Positions 50,101-58,763 are shown, counted from the first letter of the stretch. The stretch is DNA of 64,000 nucleotides from Nitrospinales bacterium (GCA_038154245.1 JAYOZP010000005.1:7307-71306), one strand, 5' to 3'. The notes: a model not told the origin generated them from the sequence alone. Made by a program: numbers and translations.

Positions 50101-50724
50101 ATCCGTCTGACGGGAAAGTTCTTGAACAATATCGCTTATTCTAAGCAAATTCTGTCTGGACGCATTAAGTTTAAGTTCAGCTTCATGCTTACGATGCTTA
50201 AACTTTAAAATTCCAGCCGCCTCTTCAATCAAATAACGTCGTTGCTCGGGTTTTGCAGAAATAATCTCCTGAACATGGTTTTGTTCAACAATCGTCATGG
50301 ATCGCGAACTGATTCCCAAATCCAAAAACAAATCGATAATATCTTTTAACCGACAGGGAATTTGATTGATGAAATATTCGCTATCTCCGGATCTATGGTA
50401 ACAACGCGTTACCTTAACTTCCGTTCCAGCTAGCGGAACGTTGGCTACCCTGATTCCCATTGGTATTTCTTCTAAAACCAAAGAAATTTCTGCCCGGTTC
50501 AACGCTTTTCTTGACGCGCTACCGTTAAAAATCAAGTCTGTTAACTTTTGCCCTCGAAGCGCTCTGGAATTTTGCTCGCCGATTACCCATCTAATAGCGT
50601 CGGAAATATTACTTTTCCCGCATCCATTAGGACCAACAATCGCGGTAAAACCTTGAGTAAAATCTAAATGGGCATTTTCTCCAAAAGATTTAAATCCAAT
50701 TAACTCTAAACTTTTTAACTTCAT
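47164..50724 (-). CDS. smc: chromosome segregation protein SMC
   Basis: The canonical N-terminus MKLKSLELIGFKSF...GPNGCGKSN begins at ATG 50724 (the ORF opens at 50793). Long coiled coils, hinge, and C-terminal LSGGEK...LDEVDAPLD. Confidence 0.95.
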   Translation of the reverse strand: MKLKSLELIGFKSFGENAHLDFTQGFTAIVGPNGCGKSNISDAIRWVIGEQNSRALRGQKLTDLIFNGSASRKALNRAEISLVLEEIPMGIRVANVPLAGTEVKVTRCYHRSGDSEYFINQIPCRLKDIIDLFLDLGISSRSMTIVEQNHVQEIISAKPEQRRYLIEEAAGILKFKHRKHEAELKLNASRQNLLRISDIVQELSRQTDSLKRQADKAERYKRYRAELKNFSLNLFSQKLRLFQKELEKLEKELTVTEEKKVKLTSSSSTVENKIEELKEEISELQIQIEHRKDSIQSLASQISKDEHSIELKQTQVDAAEKDSSSAENEISEMKREIHELESDTITQRAELGKVAEEIDSQENTCDELAKRTEDKREALRAEENLLRNKENRGREIYAQLSQKNNACSVLDTRIENIESRAEKLKRERQESLEEKEKTEALATSSETLFEEKCNALEALRSREEDVKENIQNCKNQLQAREEEYEKIREEYFARNSYFDSLKALRQKLEGFDEGVKVLMSNTNGDRLPGLLEIMVDVLKAPEEIEPALEAVLGNRLQSVIVDSYSDSLQAINYLKTNQSGRGSFIPKVPRSFEKPPIVLNGNPAVRGKLKDMVECPTEYKSIVDHLLGDVVLVEDLETALGLYTKPGFQGAVVTQAGEIFDSQGVVSGGNIKSGSSGLLTQKRELEELKEEIEILRAKMESAKEAKETVGESLAELERQLSEIRPQLHDMEVEKEGRRKDLEQVKKELERLDRKLSALDYERSSGEMELEELAKERDSMRLSLSELESERGQIESEVEKAKSNLEAIREELEKNNSDLNSQKVLIASLKGKRDIILSDIKRLIAQKENYEIRVEKREKDTKDNVEKIIQFKGEIEEIEKEIIVKAREKDESSETLVEIEEMFREKDNILDDAEKESKSLFKEFQENAEVLSRHELRRSEIKIQSAHFQEQAFNDFNVTLEEILENYNEKIDDEAEIEEHLRELRRKIERMGEVNLAALSEYEQANERYTFLSRQQQDLTESMETLTQAIDKINQTTLERFTDTFTKVNEQFSKIYARLFQGGKAHLSLCDENNPLESGVEIFAQPQGKKMQNLGLLSGGEKAMTALSLIFALLKIRPTPFCFLDEVDAPLDEPNVVRFQTMLQELTEKTQFILITHNQRTMSFANILYGVTMEERGVSKIVSVNLN

Positions 50725-51022
50725 AGCTTTATTAACAGAGGTTATTTTTCCAATTAGTTGGGAAGCGTAATACCGGAACTTTATCTCAATCAATTCCGAT
50801 TGTAAAGTAGATTATACCACTGCTAGTGTATTTTTTCTATCGTACATACTATATATTGTACCAATCAAATATGGCCTCTTCGAGCCTTTTTTTCAATCAT
50901 TTCTACCTAAAAAGTTTTTTAAAAAAAAAATTTAAGGCAATCGCAAGTGACAAACAATTTGATTCAATTTAATATACAATTTGATATATCTAAATATCGG
51001 AACCCTGGCAGGAGACAAAATA

Positions 51023-51370
51023 ATGATTCATCTTTATCAATACAACAAATGCGGCACTTGTAGAAAAGCTAAAAAGTTTTTGGACGACCGCAAAATTAAA
51101 TATAAAGACACCGATATTACATTGACCCCTCCCCCAAAAAAAGTATTGAAACTAGCTATTAAAGAGTATGGAATTAAAAAAGTATTCAACACGAGCGGAG
51201 TCGAATATCGAGAAAAGAAAATTAAAGATAAAATTAAAAATATGACAGAAAAAGAAGCTATCGACCTTCTTGCAGGAAATGGGAGACTGGTAAAAAGACC
51301 CATTGCTTATGAAGGAGATAAGATTACAGTAGGATTTAACGAGGAAGAATTTTCGAATTGGGCTACTTAA
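51023..51370 (+). CDS. ArsC/Spx/YffB-family thioredoxin-fold protein
   Basis: ATG 51023 after GGAGAC. IHLYQYNKCGTCRKAKKFL and LVKRPI. Confidence 0.8.
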   Translation: MIHLYQYNKCGTCRKAKKFLDDRKIKYKDTDITLTPPPKKVLKLAIKEYGIKKVFNTSGVEYREKKIKDKIKNMTEKEAIDLLAGNGRLVKRPIAYEGDKITVGFNEEEFSNWAT

Positions 51371-51377
51371 ATCTGGC

Positions 51378-51923
51378 ATGATCCTACTAGTAAATAGAAT
51401 TAAACAAGAATTTCCCGTTTTTAAAGGAGAACCTCCAACCGATAATATGAAGGCGGCGGTGATGGTTATTCTTTATTTAAGAGAAGGAAATCCTCACATT
51501 ATTTTGATTCGCCGTTCTCGCGATTTACGCCGTCATCCTGGAGAAATTGGTTGTCCTGGCGGAGTCTTCGAAGAAGAGGACGAAAACCTTCTTGTAACAG
51601 CCCAGCGGGAAACGTTTGAAGAAATCAACTTATGGGTGGAAGAAGCCTTAGTCATAGGACGTTTTGATAAAGTTGAAACTTTAACCGGATTTGAAATAAC
51701 TCCTTTTATCGCTTTGGTCGACCACATTCCGGTTTACGAACCTAACTTTGACGAAGTAGAACAAGTTTTTGATATTCCATTATTTCCATTACTCACAACG
51801 CAACATCCTGATACCGGCTTCAAAAATTCTATGAAAATGATTGCTTTCTGGCACAAAGAAAATAGAATTTGGGGAGCCACCGCTAAAATTCTCCGTCAAT
51901 TGGCAAGCTTAAAAGGCTTTTAA
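51378..51923 (+). CDS. NUDIX hydrolase (CoA pyrophosphatase-like)
   Basis: Nudix box GGVFEEEDENLLVTAQRETFEEINL. Confidence 0.8.
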   Translation: MILLVNRIKQEFPVFKGEPPTDNMKAAVMVILYLREGNPHIILIRRSRDLRRHPGEIGCPGGVFEEEDENLLVTAQRETFEEINLWVEEALVIGRFDKVETLTGFEITPFIALVDHIPVYEPNFDEVEQVFDIPLFPLLTTQHPDTGFKNSMKMIAFWHKENRIWGATAKILRQLASLKGF

Positions 51924-51976
51924 TTTTTAACTTCTTAGATAGCTTTAAAAAAATAACCTTGGTCGCAATAATAAAT

Positions 51977-52082
51977 TTAAGGGAGTCTCTAATAATTCGA
52001 AATTTTAGCTTGAGGCAACTCGCTTGCCTTTTGTTTGTAAAGGCAGCTCGCGGCCAAATTCAATTTTTAGAGGTTCCCTTAA
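51977..52082. repeat. TTAA-bounded inverted-repeat intergenic element, copy C (106 bp; best-preserved TIRs)
   Basis: Left arm TTAAGGGAGTCTCTAATAATTCGAAATTT. Reverse complement of the right arm TTAAGGGAACCTCTAAAAATTGAATTTGG. Core stem TGCCTTT/AAAGGCA. The right end abuts ATG 52083. Confidence 0.75.
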
Positions 52083-53024
52083 ATGAAAAAAATTAATTTA
52101 TTGTTTCTCGCTCCAAATTGGCGAGTAAGCCTTCTACGCAAATTCCAAGACACATTGAACTCTTTGCAGCCCGGAAATAGCATTGCCGGCGCCGATAGCA
52201 ACGCCTATTCCCCAGCTTTAAAAATATTAGACTCAAAGTTAACTATTCCTAGATTTGATAATCCAGATTGTCTTGACAGTATTTTAAATTTTTGCCGAGA
52301 GAAATCAATAGATGCAGTTATCCCATTAACCAATCGTGCTATCGAATATCTCGATCAAAACAGAAAACCCTTTACCGATCTGAGTATTCGTCTCTATATA
52401 AACGATTCGGAAGTAATTTCTATTTGCCACGATAAAGAGAAACTTTCAAACTTCTTTCAAGAAAATGGAATCCCTACGCCAGATCCATTTGACCCGGCAT
52501 CTCCCAATTTCCCATTGATATCAAAACCGAAAAGAGGGGAAGGAGGAGGTTGCGTTGTCATCAATAACCAACTAGACCTTGATTACTACAGCGCTAAACT
52601 TTCCGATCAAACGCTTCAACGCTTCGTAGACGGAGAAGAATACACAATAGATTGGTTTTCAGATGCAAACGGAGTCCCCTTAGTAATCGCTCCCAGAAAA
52701 AGAATCGAAACCAGAGCGGGAGAAGTCACTCTTAGTCAAATCGAAATGAATGAAGAGATAATCGCGCAGGCAAAAAAAATGGCCACCCTTTTAGGACTTA
52801 AAGGACCGTGCAATATACAGGGATTTAAAGAACCTTCAGGTCAGTTTCTATTCACGGATATAAACTTAAGATTTGGAAGCGGTTCGGTTCATTCGATTTC
52901 GCAAGGAGCGGATATTCCCAATCTAATTTTCAGGGAACTTAGCGGAGAAAAGTTGGAATTCGATCTGACTTCGATTCAGGATGGATCTGTAATGTCTAGA
53001 TATAACGATGGATTTTATTTCTAG
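52083..53024 (+). CDS. ATP-grasp domain protein
   Basis: ISKPKRGEGGGCVVI and EEYTIDWFSD...APRKRIETRAGEV, typical of carbamoyl-phosphate-synthase-like ATP-grasp ligases. Confidence 0.75.
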   Translation: MKKINLLFLAPNWRVSLLRKFQDTLNSLQPGNSIAGADSNAYSPALKILDSKLTIPRFDNPDCLDSILNFCREKSIDAVIPLTNRAIEYLDQNRKPFTDLSIRLYINDSEVISICHDKEKLSNFFQENGIPTPDPFDPASPNFPLISKPKRGEGGGCVVINNQLDLDYYSAKLSDQTLQRFVDGEEYTIDWFSDANGVPLVIAPRKRIETRAGEVTLSQIEMNEEIIAQAKKMATLLGLKGPCNIQGFKEPSGQFLFTDINLRFGSGSVHSISQGADIPNLIFRELSGEKLEFDLTSIQDGSVMSRYNDGFYF

Positions 53025-53743
53025 GAATCTGACGACGGGTTGAGATGATCTTCAAATAAATATTTTAATTCCTCGACTCCGTTTTCAAGAGTAAACCCAG
53101 TAATCTTCGCAAAACCATCAAGAATCAATAAACTATTAATATTAGCGTCGCCCGAAGACATATTTTTTATCCGACTGGCTAAGCCAAGATTTACAATACT
53201 AACTTGCTCTAATTCATCCGCCAATTCTTGCCAATCAATTTTAGGCAAAACGCTTTTATTTTTACTCATTAAATATTTTTTTAGTAAAAAAACAGACGCG
53301 GATCTAAATGTAGTTTCCTCGGCAGAAGCAAAAGGGAGATGGTATCTAACCATTGGCCTTAATGTCGACAGAACTGGACACCCACTGGTAACATTCACAA
53401 TTCCAATCATGCTTGAGATTCCAGACTGTAAACTTGTTTCTTTAAAATAAACTCGCTCGGGTACTTTCGCTATGACTTTTACTTCTTCAAAAGAAAAACT
53501 TGCTTTGAAGCTATCCAATATATAATGGTATTCTTTTGCAATAGGGCAAAAGGGGTTATCTTCGGATTTCAAGGTACAATTAGAACATTTATGATGATCG
53601 AGCTGAGTCCATTCAGGAAGCTTGCTAGTATCAACCTCAGACTTTAAAGCTAAACTTTCTTTATCTAGCTTAAAGAGAAAATCCCTAGTAGAGTTGTCAG
53701 GAAATCGAAACTGATATCGTATTTCGAAATCATCAGATGACAT
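53021..53743 (-). CDS. hypothetical protein with a HHKCSNC...FCP Cys/His motif
   Basis: 240-aa ORF; no family recognised. Its stop overlaps the stop of the convergent ATP-grasp gene in a shared CTAG. Confidence 0.5.
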   Translation of the reverse strand: MSSDDFEIRYQFRFPDNSTRDFLFKLDKESLALKSEVDTSKLPEWTQLDHHKCSNCTLKSEDNPFCPIAKEYHYILDSFKASFSFEEVKVIAKVPERVYFKETSLQSGISSMIGIVNVTSGCPVLSTLRPMVRYHLPFASAEETTFRSASVFLLKKYLMSKNKSVLPKIDWQELADELEQVSIVNLGLASRIKNMSSGDANINSLLILDGFAKITGFTLENGVEELKYLFEDHLNPSSDS

Positions 53744-53960
53744 GAAGCGGCTTTCTCTTTATTGATCGGATAGCTTTTCCCAATAGCGCACCCAACTAAA
53801 ATTGGCAGGATATAAAGAAGCCGCTAAGAAAAAAGGAATCAAAATTGAATTAAACACCCGTAAACTTAAAGAAAAATCATTATTAGGGCTTAGGCTTCAT
53901 CTATATTATCAGAGTTTTAGGATCAAAAAAACAAACAAAATTTAAGGCAGATAACTCAAA

Positions 53961-54683
53961 TTGACACTAGCTAAAGAAAGATTAATATTTGCTCTTGACG
54001 TACCCGATACTAAAGAAGCTGTTCGATTAACTAAAGTATTAGACGACCAAGTAGGTTATTTTAAAATAGGATTGGAGCTATTTGTAGCCGAAGGCCCCTC
54101 CGTAATTCAAGCGGTTACTGAAAATAGTTCGGCGGGAATTTTCTTAGATTTAAAGTTACATGATATTCCAGCCACTGTCTCGGGCGCTTTAAGGTCGGCT
54201 TCCAAATACCCTGTCCGTTTTGTCACAGTGCATTGCGATCACCCTAACTTGTTACAAAACAAAGAATCTTTTCGAAAAGATATAGATATTTTAGGAATTA
54301 CCATTTTGACAAGCGCATCGCCAGACCACTTGTCGCTCCTAGGTTTTTCCCAAAACATTAGTCTTCCTCAGTTAGCTACTGAAAGAGCTGAAATAGCGCA
54401 AAGAGCGGGTTGTTCCGGAGCCGTTTGTTCCGCTCAAGAAGTTGCAAAAATTCGCCAAGCGTGCGGTCCAGATTTTTTGCTAATTGTTCCCGGAATAAGA
54501 CCTCAATGGGAAGGAATGTCAACCGACGACCAATCGCGGGTTGCTACTCCCGAGCAAGCTATAAAAGATGGAGCGGATTACATTGTTGTTGGAAGACCTA
54601 TACGAAACGCAAAAGATCCTAAAGAGGCCGCTCAAAAAATTGTTACCGAAATTAAACAAGGGTTGTCTTTTCAAAACCCATAA
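53961..54683 (+). CDS. pyrF: orotidine-5'-phosphate decarboxylase
   Basis: TTG start. LIFALDV, YFKIGLELF, DLKLHDIPATV, VVGRPI. Confidence 0.9.
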   Translation: MTLAKERLIFALDVPDTKEAVRLTKVLDDQVGYFKIGLELFVAEGPSVIQAVTENSSAGIFLDLKLHDIPATVSGALRSASKYPVRFVTVHCDHPNLLQNKESFRKDIDILGITILTSASPDHLSLLGFSQNISLPQLATERAEIAQRAGCSGAVCSAQEVAKIRQACGPDFLLIVPGIRPQWEGMSTDDQSRVATPEQAIKDGADYIVVGRPIRNAKDPKEAAQKIVTEIKQGLSFQNP

Positions 54684-54932
54684 AAATCTGGCGCTTAACC
54701 CAAAAAATATTTTATTTTTCGACCATTAGCCTTCGTCAAATCTAACTGCTTTAAGAGCTTTATTTCAACCAATTACGCTTTCTATTAATGGCGGCAATTT
54801 GACAAATTTGATATGATACTCTTGTTTTCTAAAAACTATTTCAAGAAAACCTCCTAGTTTCCGAATTCCTTTTACGAAACAGTTGAACTATCCAATAACC
54901 ATATTAAAATCAAAAATTTTAAATAATTAAAA

Positions 54933-55391
54933 ATGATTTTAAACCTAATTTATCTTTTATCTTTAGTCGTTTGGATTGGTTCCATTATCTTTTTCTCTTT
55001 CTTTGCGGCGCCTGCAATATTTAAAACTCTGGAACGTGAAAAAGCGGGAGAAGTTGTAGGAGTCATTTTCCCCAGATATTATTTAATTGGTTATATTTCA
55101 GGCGCTATCGCCTTAGCCATTTTATTAATAAACTCTCAAGCCTTTACCGACCCCAAAATAGTTTTAACTTTTGTCATGTTATGCTGCTCTGCTTTTGCCG
55201 GGCAAGTAGTCGGCCCTAAGGCAAGAGGTTTAAAACCCTTGATTAAAAGTGAAGAAAACGCAGATAAACTAAGCGATCTCAAATCTCAATTTGACCGTTT
55301 ACATTCTTTATCCGTCAAATTGAATGGGACAGTTCTCATTCTCGGTTTAATATTATTGGGCTACACCTCAAAAGGCTTATCTTTAGGTTAA
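54933..55391 (+). CDS. DUF4149/TMEM205-like membrane protein
   Basis: 4 TM helices. N-terminal LSLVVWIGSIIFFSFFAAPAIFKTL pattern recalled for this family. Confidence 0.55.
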   Translation: MILNLIYLLSLVVWIGSIIFFSFFAAPAIFKTLEREKAGEVVGVIFPRYYLIGYISGAIALAILLINSQAFTDPKIVLTFVMLCCSAFAGQVVGPKARGLKPLIKSEENADKLSDLKSQFDRLHSLSVKLNGTVLILGLILLGYTSKGLSLG

Positions 55392-55407
55392 TTTTGAAAT
55401 AATCATT

Positions 55408-57222
55408 ATGAACATTTTAGGAATTTCAGCTTTTTATCATGATTCTGCGGCCTGCCTGGTCCAAGATGGAGAAATAACAGCCGCAGCGCAAGAAGAACGA
55501 TTTACCCGCAAAAAACACGACGCTTCTTTTCCTCATAAGGCCGTCGAATACTGTCTTCAAGAAGCTGGTATTGACGTGGAAGATTTAGATTATGTCGGTT
55601 TTTATGATAAGCCTTTTATCAAGTTCGAAAGAATTTTAGAAACCTACTTAAGCGTCGCTCCCATGGGATTAAAGTCGTGTCTTAAAGCAGTACCTTTGTG
55701 GCTAAAAGACAAACTTTGGACCCGCCAAAATGTACGAAACAACTTAGATTACTCAGGTCCTGTTCTGTTCGCCGAGCATCACGAATCCCATGCCGCCAGC
55801 GCATTCTTCCCATCGCCCTTTGAAGAAGCCGCTGTACTAACTATGGACGGGGTTGGGGAATGGGCTACAAGCAGTATCAGCGTCGGTAAAGGAAATAAAC
55901 TTGAACTCATTAAAGAATTACAATTTCCCCATTCGCTTGGGTTACTTTATTCGGCTTTTACCTATTACTTAGGCTTTAAAGTCAATAGCGGAGAATATAA
56001 AGTAATGGGGTTAGCTCCTTATGGCAACCCAAAATATGTCGACCTCATAAGAGAAAACTTGATAGATCTAAAAGACGACGGTTCGTTCCGAATGGACATG
56101 TCGTATTTCAACTATCTCGCAGGTCTTACAATGACCAATCAAAAGTTTGACAAATTATTCGGAGGACCAGCTCGTAAGGGAGAATCTAAATTAACCCAAA
56201 AGGAAATGGATATCGCAGCGTCGCTACAAGCGATCACCGAAGAAATCATGATAAAAATGTCGCGTTACGTTCGTAACCTGACTGGAATGAAAAACCTTTG
56301 CCTTGCCGGAGGGGTAGCTCTCAATTGCGTGGGTAATGGGAAAATACTTCGAGAAAAAGTTTTTGACGATATTTGGATTCAACCGGCCGCAGGCGACGCT
56401 GGAGGCGCTTTGGGCGTAGCTCTATATATCTGGCATCAAGCTTTGAATAGTTCGCGCAAGGTAAATGGCGGCGATTCAATGAAGGGGTCTTACTTAGGAC
56501 CTGAGTTTAAAACCGAAACAATCCGGACTTATTTGCAAAAAAACGAAATACCCTTCAAAGAATACAACGACAACGAATTAATTGAAACAGTCGCCAAACA
56601 TTTAAAAGATGAAAAGGTAATTGGCTGGTTTCAAGGACGAATGGAGTTTGGACCAAGAGCTCTTGGAGGCAGGAGTGTCATTGGCGACGCAAGAAGTAAA
56701 AAAATGCAATCTGTTATGAATTTAAAGATCAAATATAGAGAATCGTTTCGCCCTTTTGCGCCATCTGTTTTGAGAGAAAAAGTAAGCGAATGGTTTGAGA
56801 TGGATGCACCCAGTCCCTATATGTTATTAGTCGCTCCAGTAAAAGAAACTCGAAAAATTGAAATGACAGAAGAACAAAAAGAACTATTTGGAATTGATTT
56901 GTTAAATATTCCTCGTTCTGATATCCCAGCCGTAACTCACGTGGATTATACAGCCCGTATCCAAACGGTAGAAAAAACCACCCATCCACGTTATCACGCA
57001 CTATTAGAAAGTTTTGAAAAGCAGACCGGATGTCCAATTATCGTCAATACGTCCTTCAACGTACGAGGAGAACCTATCGTTTGCACTCCTGAAGACGCAT
57101 TTCGCTGTTTTATGCGTACAGAAATGGATTATCTAGTTTTGGGAAATTGCGTTCTGGACAAACTAGACCAAAAACCCCTCGAAAACGACTCCGACTGGAA
57201 AAACGAATTTGAGTTGGATTGA
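55408..57222 (+). CDS. carbamoyltransferase (NodU/CmcH family)
   Basis: MNILGISAFYHDSAACLV, LAGGVALNCVGNG, NTSFNVRGEPIV. Confidence 0.9.
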   Translation: MNILGISAFYHDSAACLVQDGEITAAAQEERFTRKKHDASFPHKAVEYCLQEAGIDVEDLDYVGFYDKPFIKFERILETYLSVAPMGLKSCLKAVPLWLKDKLWTRQNVRNNLDYSGPVLFAEHHESHAASAFFPSPFEEAAVLTMDGVGEWATSSISVGKGNKLELIKELQFPHSLGLLYSAFTYYLGFKVNSGEYKVMGLAPYGNPKYVDLIRENLIDLKDDGSFRMDMSYFNYLAGLTMTNQKFDKLFGGPARKGESKLTQKEMDIAASLQAITEEIMIKMSRYVRNLTGMKNLCLAGGVALNCVGNGKILREKVFDDIWIQPAAGDAGGALGVALYIWHQALNSSRKVNGGDSMKGSYLGPEFKTETIRTYLQKNEIPFKEYNDNELIETVAKHLKDEKVIGWFQGRMEFGPRALGGRSVIGDARSKKMQSVMNLKIKYRESFRPFAPSVLREKVSEWFEMDAPSPYMLLVAPVKETRKIEMTEEQKELFGIDLLNIPRSDIPAVTHVDYTARIQTVEKTTHPRYHALLESFEKQTGCPIIVNTSFNVRGEPIVCTPEDAFRCFMRTEMDYLVLGNCVLDKLDQKPLENDSDWKNEFELD

Positions 57223-57280
57223 TTTTTTAGACCAGGCAACTCTTATGCCTTGCATTGGACCGTTAATTCCTTTAGATTAA
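57221..57280. repeat. degenerate/truncated copy D of the inverted-repeat element
   Basis: GATTTTTTAGACCAGGCAACTCTTATGCCTT parallels copy C GAAATTTTAGCTTGAGGCAACTCGCTTGCCTT. The right end CCGTTAATTCCTTTAGATTAA is only loosely arm-like. Confidence 0.4.
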
Positions 57281-57327
57281 AAGCTTTACAAGAAACCAAT
57301 AAAATAGAATAAGCGCTTAAATATCCC

Positions 57328-58668
57328 ATGAAACACGTCTATATGGAAACATTTGGCTGCCAAATGAATGTGGCAGACACCGACCGGATGGAACAATTAT
57401 TGTTTCAATCGGGTTATTTGAGAACTCCCGCAAAAGAAGACGCCGATCTGATTTTGGTCAATACTTGTTCAATAAGAGACAAAGCAGAGCAAAAAATTTA
57501 TTCATTAGTTGGAGCCATTCAACCGCTTAAAAAAGCTAACCCAGATATGACTCTTGCGTTATCTGGTTGCCTTGCTCAGCAAGAAGGCGAAGCTTTAGTC
57601 AAAAAGTTTCCTTACTTGGATATGGTCTTAGGCCCTGACGCTGTGGAACGCGTCGTAGAAGCGGTTGATTACGTTAAAACTCAAAAAAAACCCTTAGTTT
57701 GGACAGAGTTCGATAAAGAAAAAAATTATTCTATTCCTATCAGCGACGAACCAGCAGCAAAAGTTACCAGCCCCAGCGCTTTTGTAAACATTATTAAAGG
57801 ATGCGATAAGTTTTGCTCCTTTTGCATAGTTCCCTTCACTCGAGGCCGAGAAAAATCACGCGAAGCCTACGAAATTTACGAAGAAGTAAAACAATTAGTG
57901 GACCGAGGGGCTAAAGAAATTATTTTGTTAGGTCAAAATGTAAATTCTTATGGAAAACGGGATATGCATCGCCCGACTCCATTTCATGAATTATTGTATG
58001 GAGTCGCTGAAATACCCGGAGTTGAAAGACTTCGATTTACTACAAGTCACCCTAAAGACTTCACTAAAGAAGCGGCCCGCGCATTTAAAGATTTAGACAT
58101 TTTAGTCAATCATCTACATTTACCGGTTCAAAGTGGAAATGATCGGGTTTTGGAAAGAATGCGCCGAGGCTATACCGTTGATGAATATAAAACCTTGATC
58201 GATCTATTAAAATCGGAAGCTCCTGAAATTGCATTTTCCACAGATATTATTGTCGGATTTCCTGGAGAAACCGAAAAAGAGTTCGAAGACACTCTAGAAC
58301 TTATGGAGTGGGTGGGCTATGACAGCAGTTATATGTTTTCTTATAGCCCTCGACCAGGAACACCTGCAACAGAAATGGAAGACTCTGTTCCTATCGAAGT
58401 TAAAAAAGAACGCTTGCAAAAAACGATCGACCTCCAAAAGTCTCTATCTGAACGTAACGGGAAAAAATACTTAAAACAAGAAGTAGAAGTGCTTGTGGAA
58501 AGTAAAACTACTCACAAAGACAGCGACTTTAAAGGAAGGTCCCCGCATTATTGGATGGTTAACTTTTCTGGCGGTAAAGAAGTTTTGAAACCGGGAGATT
58601 TAGCAAAAGTACATATTGAAGCGGCTTCTGGACACGCTTTAAAAGGAGTTTACCGCTCGCCAAACTAG
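57328..58668 (+). CDS. miaB: tRNA-2-methylthio-N6-dimethylallyladenosine synthase
   Basis: YMETFGCQMNVADTDRM, radical SAM CDKFCSFC, TRAM C-terminus. Confidence 0.95.
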   Translation: MKHVYMETFGCQMNVADTDRMEQLLFQSGYLRTPAKEDADLILVNTCSIRDKAEQKIYSLVGAIQPLKKANPDMTLALSGCLAQQEGEALVKKFPYLDMVLGPDAVERVVEAVDYVKTQKKPLVWTEFDKEKNYSIPISDEPAAKVTSPSAFVNIIKGCDKFCSFCIVPFTRGREKSREAYEIYEEVKQLVDRGAKEIILLGQNVNSYGKRDMHRPTPFHELLYGVAEIPGVERLRFTTSHPKDFTKEAARAFKDLDILVNHLHLPVQSGNDRVLERMRRGYTVDEYKTLIDLLKSEAPEIAFSTDIIVGFPGETEKEFEDTLELMEWVGYDSSYMFSYSPRPGTPATEMEDSVPIEVKKERLQKTIDLQKSLSERNGKKYLKQEVEVLVESKTTHKDSDFKGRSPHYWMVNFSGGKEVLKPGDLAKVHIEAASGHALKGVYRSPN

Positions 58669-58736
58669 ATTTCCCCAGTATTATCCCTTTATTATTTTAT
58701 ACTTAGAACTTTTTTCAAAAAAATTTAATTTTTTAT

Positions 58737-58763
58737 TAAAGTTTTAAAACCAGCTGCCGATAC
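58737..58763 (+). promoter_or_regulatory. sigma-28 (FliA)-type promoter TAAAGTTT-N11-GCCGATAC
   Basis: Matches the enterobacterial class-3 flagellar consensus TAAAGTTT-N11-GCCGATAA at 15 of 16 positions with exact spacing. Lies ~90 nt upstream of the flaG-like ATG. Confidence 0.65.
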
